A DNA stretch of 64,000 nucleotides, taken from assembly GCA_973895155.1 (NCBI GenBank), contig OZ316895.1, positions 5,536,587-5,600,586 of the forward strand, in the 5' to 3' direction. The position numbers were made by a program, and so were the translations under genes. Shown in pieces: positions 60,813-64,000 of this stretch (the first letter of the stretch is position 1; every line of letters starts with the position of its first letter). This stretch comes from Marsupella aquatica (lineage: Eukaryota; Plantae; Marchantiophyta). The notes under the pieces are model-generated. The model was not told the origin of the DNA and did not search any database. It worked only from the letters and a program-made list of their open reading frames with translations.

Positions 60813-63510
60813 ATATGCTTGAACTACCTTTCAAACAGCCAAATCGATGGAAGGATTTAGTGTAGAATGGTCCGATTCCCAACCGAGATCGCACTTCAAT
60901 TGCAGAAACCCTTGGTCCCCCCGTTTGCCCCTCACACCTAGCGCATATATTCGACCGTCATTGTTTGGTCATGTATAGAGTGACTCTAATCAAAGAACGG
61001 AATCCCCGCACGTACGTACACCTTAGAGGTTGCTTTCAGCCTTGGTCGTTGGACAGACCAAAGGCCATGAATCAGGAGCAATGTTAGAGTAGAGCAATCC
61101 TTATATACTTAGTCGACAGGTGTCATCGTTCATGGGAACAGAACGGGAAACGTTTTGCTACGTAGAAGCTATGGATGCGCACAAGTTAATGCGATGACAA
61201 CATATCTTCAATTCACTCTGACACAGTGCGATGCAGCAGAAAAATCAGATTCAAGCAATGTCGGGATAACTTATTTTAGAAAGTACATCGAAACAAGTGA
61301 GTAACGCCTACGATCATCTCGCCGTCTCAAGCGTCACCAGGCGACTGTACTGTTGCCTCCAACACTTACTGACTCTGAACGAGAAAAATAATTACACCTA
61401 CCTTTTCGACACGTAATAGATGTTAGGGGTTAGACACGAAAGAACTATGTACCGAAGCAAGGCGGTGTAGCAGAAAAGAACTTGTGTGTGAGAACGAATT
61501 CAAGGCCAACAAACTGGTCACTGCTTGCGCTGGACAGTTGAGTAAATTGTAGATTGAATAAACGACGGGAACCAGAGACCGTGCAGTCAGAAGCTGTTGA
61601 TGAGGGGAGCAGAAAACGCTCAACTGGCTTCTGAATGGCAGACTATTTGCCTGACTGCTATGTAGGATTTAAGGTGCAGGCAAGATGCGCGTTAGTCATA
61701 GAGGAATAGTACCACCTAGATTGAAGGTTCCAGAGAGAAAGGATGACCTGGCTCAAACGTTAGGGATACATCTGTGAAGCTTCTAGAACGGGATCCGACC
61801 TACGGATGGATGTATGGCACGATGAGCAGCTCAAACCCACGGGCCCCGTATCCAAATTTTCGCACTACAAATTAACGATTGTTGTCGAAATCGTTATTTA
61901 GTCGTATTATATTATCTTATAAATCTATATAATATCCAGTTCCGGACCACTCGTTCACATCGCTTTTGAAATTCCACTTCGTGTGGATCACAAAGGTAGC
62001 AAGTGTAGTCGCCCTTCACGGTCACACGCAACTGAATATTGACAAGATTGACAAGATGATCCAAGGAGCTTCAAAAGGAGTACAGCTAGTGGCAGCTACA
62101 AATTAAGACCCCGGCCCGGATCGCTTGGGGGTCTGCTTAAATATGTGGCTCCACTAGAGGAACCTCGATCAACCGACCTCATCCAGTTTGCACCTGCATC
62201 TACCTCGATCAGCTAGTCAATCACCTTTACGTAAAATCAATTCCCTCTCATTCAGTCTAGTGGACAGTAGGGCCAGTCCCGTAGAGCTATTGACGTCTTC
62301 AGTTCCGAGGCCATTCTTACATGCCTGATACAATATTCGTCCTTTCTATATACTAATCTTCGTTGTCTAAAATCCGAGCTAAAAACTCCTCTGACCAAAT
62401 CCAACAAGTGAGTTGTCTCACCTCCTTCAATAACGTAAACTCCAGGATTTCAGATCGATAATTAGTAACCCGTCAAAAGCGCTAAGGTACAGTACTTTCT
62501 CGTGTCCAAATTATGGTACTACTCTTCTCCCCGAGGTTGGTAGCCTTTCGGCGGTGGACCGAATCGAAGATCACCCGGACAGAAAAGTTCTTCCTTATCA
62601 CTAAAGTAGTTTGCACGCCACCTTCCAATTAAACAAACGTTCTAGAGAACCAATGCACAGCAAAATGTACACTCAAATGCGGGAAACTTACCAAGCCCAG
62701 TTCAGTCATTACGATGAGCGTGCATTTATCTCTCGGAAGAATTTCAGCGCCATATTCGATTCGCCTTTCTCCGCAAGATTGTCCCTCTCGTGTTGTCAAA
62801 CGCGGCGCAAAGAATTCGCGGCGTGTTTGTCGCGTCGACTGGAAGAAATAATGACGCCATCCGCGCGTCTTTGTCCAATTCGATCAATTTCTGGGAGGTC
62901 AATCAATCGGCCTCAGCTGATCACGTCGTGTAAAGGGGCAAACCTACAGGACTGATGTCTGCTCACTGATACAAATATGTACAGTAGAAGCTTGTCCAAT
63001 GCCAGTTCTCGAAGTTTTACCTTTGCTTCGTCCGACGGTCCGGGCTGGCTCACGCCTCCCGTGTTGGTTCGGTGCTGGGTCGGTGCTGGATCGGTTCAGG
63101 TGGGATGACCCGGAGCAGCGGCACGAGAGCCCCGCCATTTTCACCAGCGAGCCCATCCGTTCATCTAACGAGAATGTCAGTGCAAGCTCGCCGCGGCCTG
63201 CACTTAGGTGACCGACAGACCCGGTCCTCCTCTAAGGGTGTATTTCGTATTATAGTAATATACTAGCTCAATACCTGTGTTGCCCAAAGGATGCGCTTAT
63301 ATGAAAGACTTCGTCTATGGAAAAGATTCCATCTGTTTTTGACAGTGCTTACGTAGAAGATATGTTGTGTGAGAGATGTGCTTACATAAAAGAATTCATC
63401 TGCGGAAAAGGTGTCTTTGTATGACAGATGAAAGATGATGTGTAAAATATGTCACTATGTAAAAGATGTCACTATGTAAGAGGTGTCATTAAATATAAAA
63501 GATGTGCTAA

Positions 63511-63620
63511 GAGAGGCATGATTTTGCGGCTCACTTGAATAGAGTCTTGGGTTCAACTATTGTGGCTGACTCCCTTTCTATGAGGTTTCACAGATTTCTC
63601 CTTAATTTTTAAATTTTTGT
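63511..63620 (+). mobile_element. Dispersed repeat with a tRNA/SINE-like head (copy 2)
   Basis: Homologous to 34310-34440 and preceded by degenerate 17-18 bp AAAAGATGTCACTATGT repeats (63290-63510). Confidence 0.45.
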
Positions 63621-64000
63621 AAATGTCATTGTGCAAAGATAACACTGTAAAATAAGTTGGCGTACATAGTGGTCCCTCATCAATGGGGGACCCCACTTAT
63701 ATAAATGTGCTACCCTGGCCCAACTCTCTCCTATTAGTTTGCCCTCAAGCCCTTTGCCATTTCACTCAAAATTACTCAATTTTGCCCATTATACTCGTTT
63801 GAATGGAGTATACTCATTTCATGTGAATACCAAGGGGAAGGGCCAATTTTGCCAAGTATACATGTTTTCATAAGAGTACCCAGCGCCTTGCAAGAGCGAG
63901 GTGTATGTTGCATGGAACCTGGGAGTACTATGGGGTAGCATTGTGTGGCACACGTGAGTACTATGGGCAGGGGCTAGTATATGAGTAGTGTGGGGCAGGG

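Overview
Eukaryotic nuclear DNA from a land plant. The Lhcb transit peptide, intron style and TE content suggest a bryophyte, probably a liverwort (inference). Seven protein-coding genes were reconstructed by hand: an ER HSP70-17/HYOU1-type chaperone (running off the left edge), the mitochondrial heme chaperone CcmE, a probably plastid-targeted AI-2E (PerM/UPF0118) transporter, a major LHCII Lhcb, an intronless OCP3-like plus NTF2/DUF2358-like chimeric ORF, the DEAD-box helicase RH57/DDX52/Rok1, and a small HMA-domain protein. The most notable element is absent from the ORF track: the RH57/DDX52 gene hosts an intronic snoRNA cluster (three well-supported box C/D RNAs, a duplicated orphan C/D RNA and an H/ACA candidate) and also carries a U12-type intron. 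Intergenic DNA holds MITEs, several tandem arrays, two diverged inverted arms about 4.8 kb apart, and decayed Ty3/gypsy chromovirus pieces arranged around one central LTR. Family assignments and rRNA target matches come from recalled motifs and sequences, not database searches.
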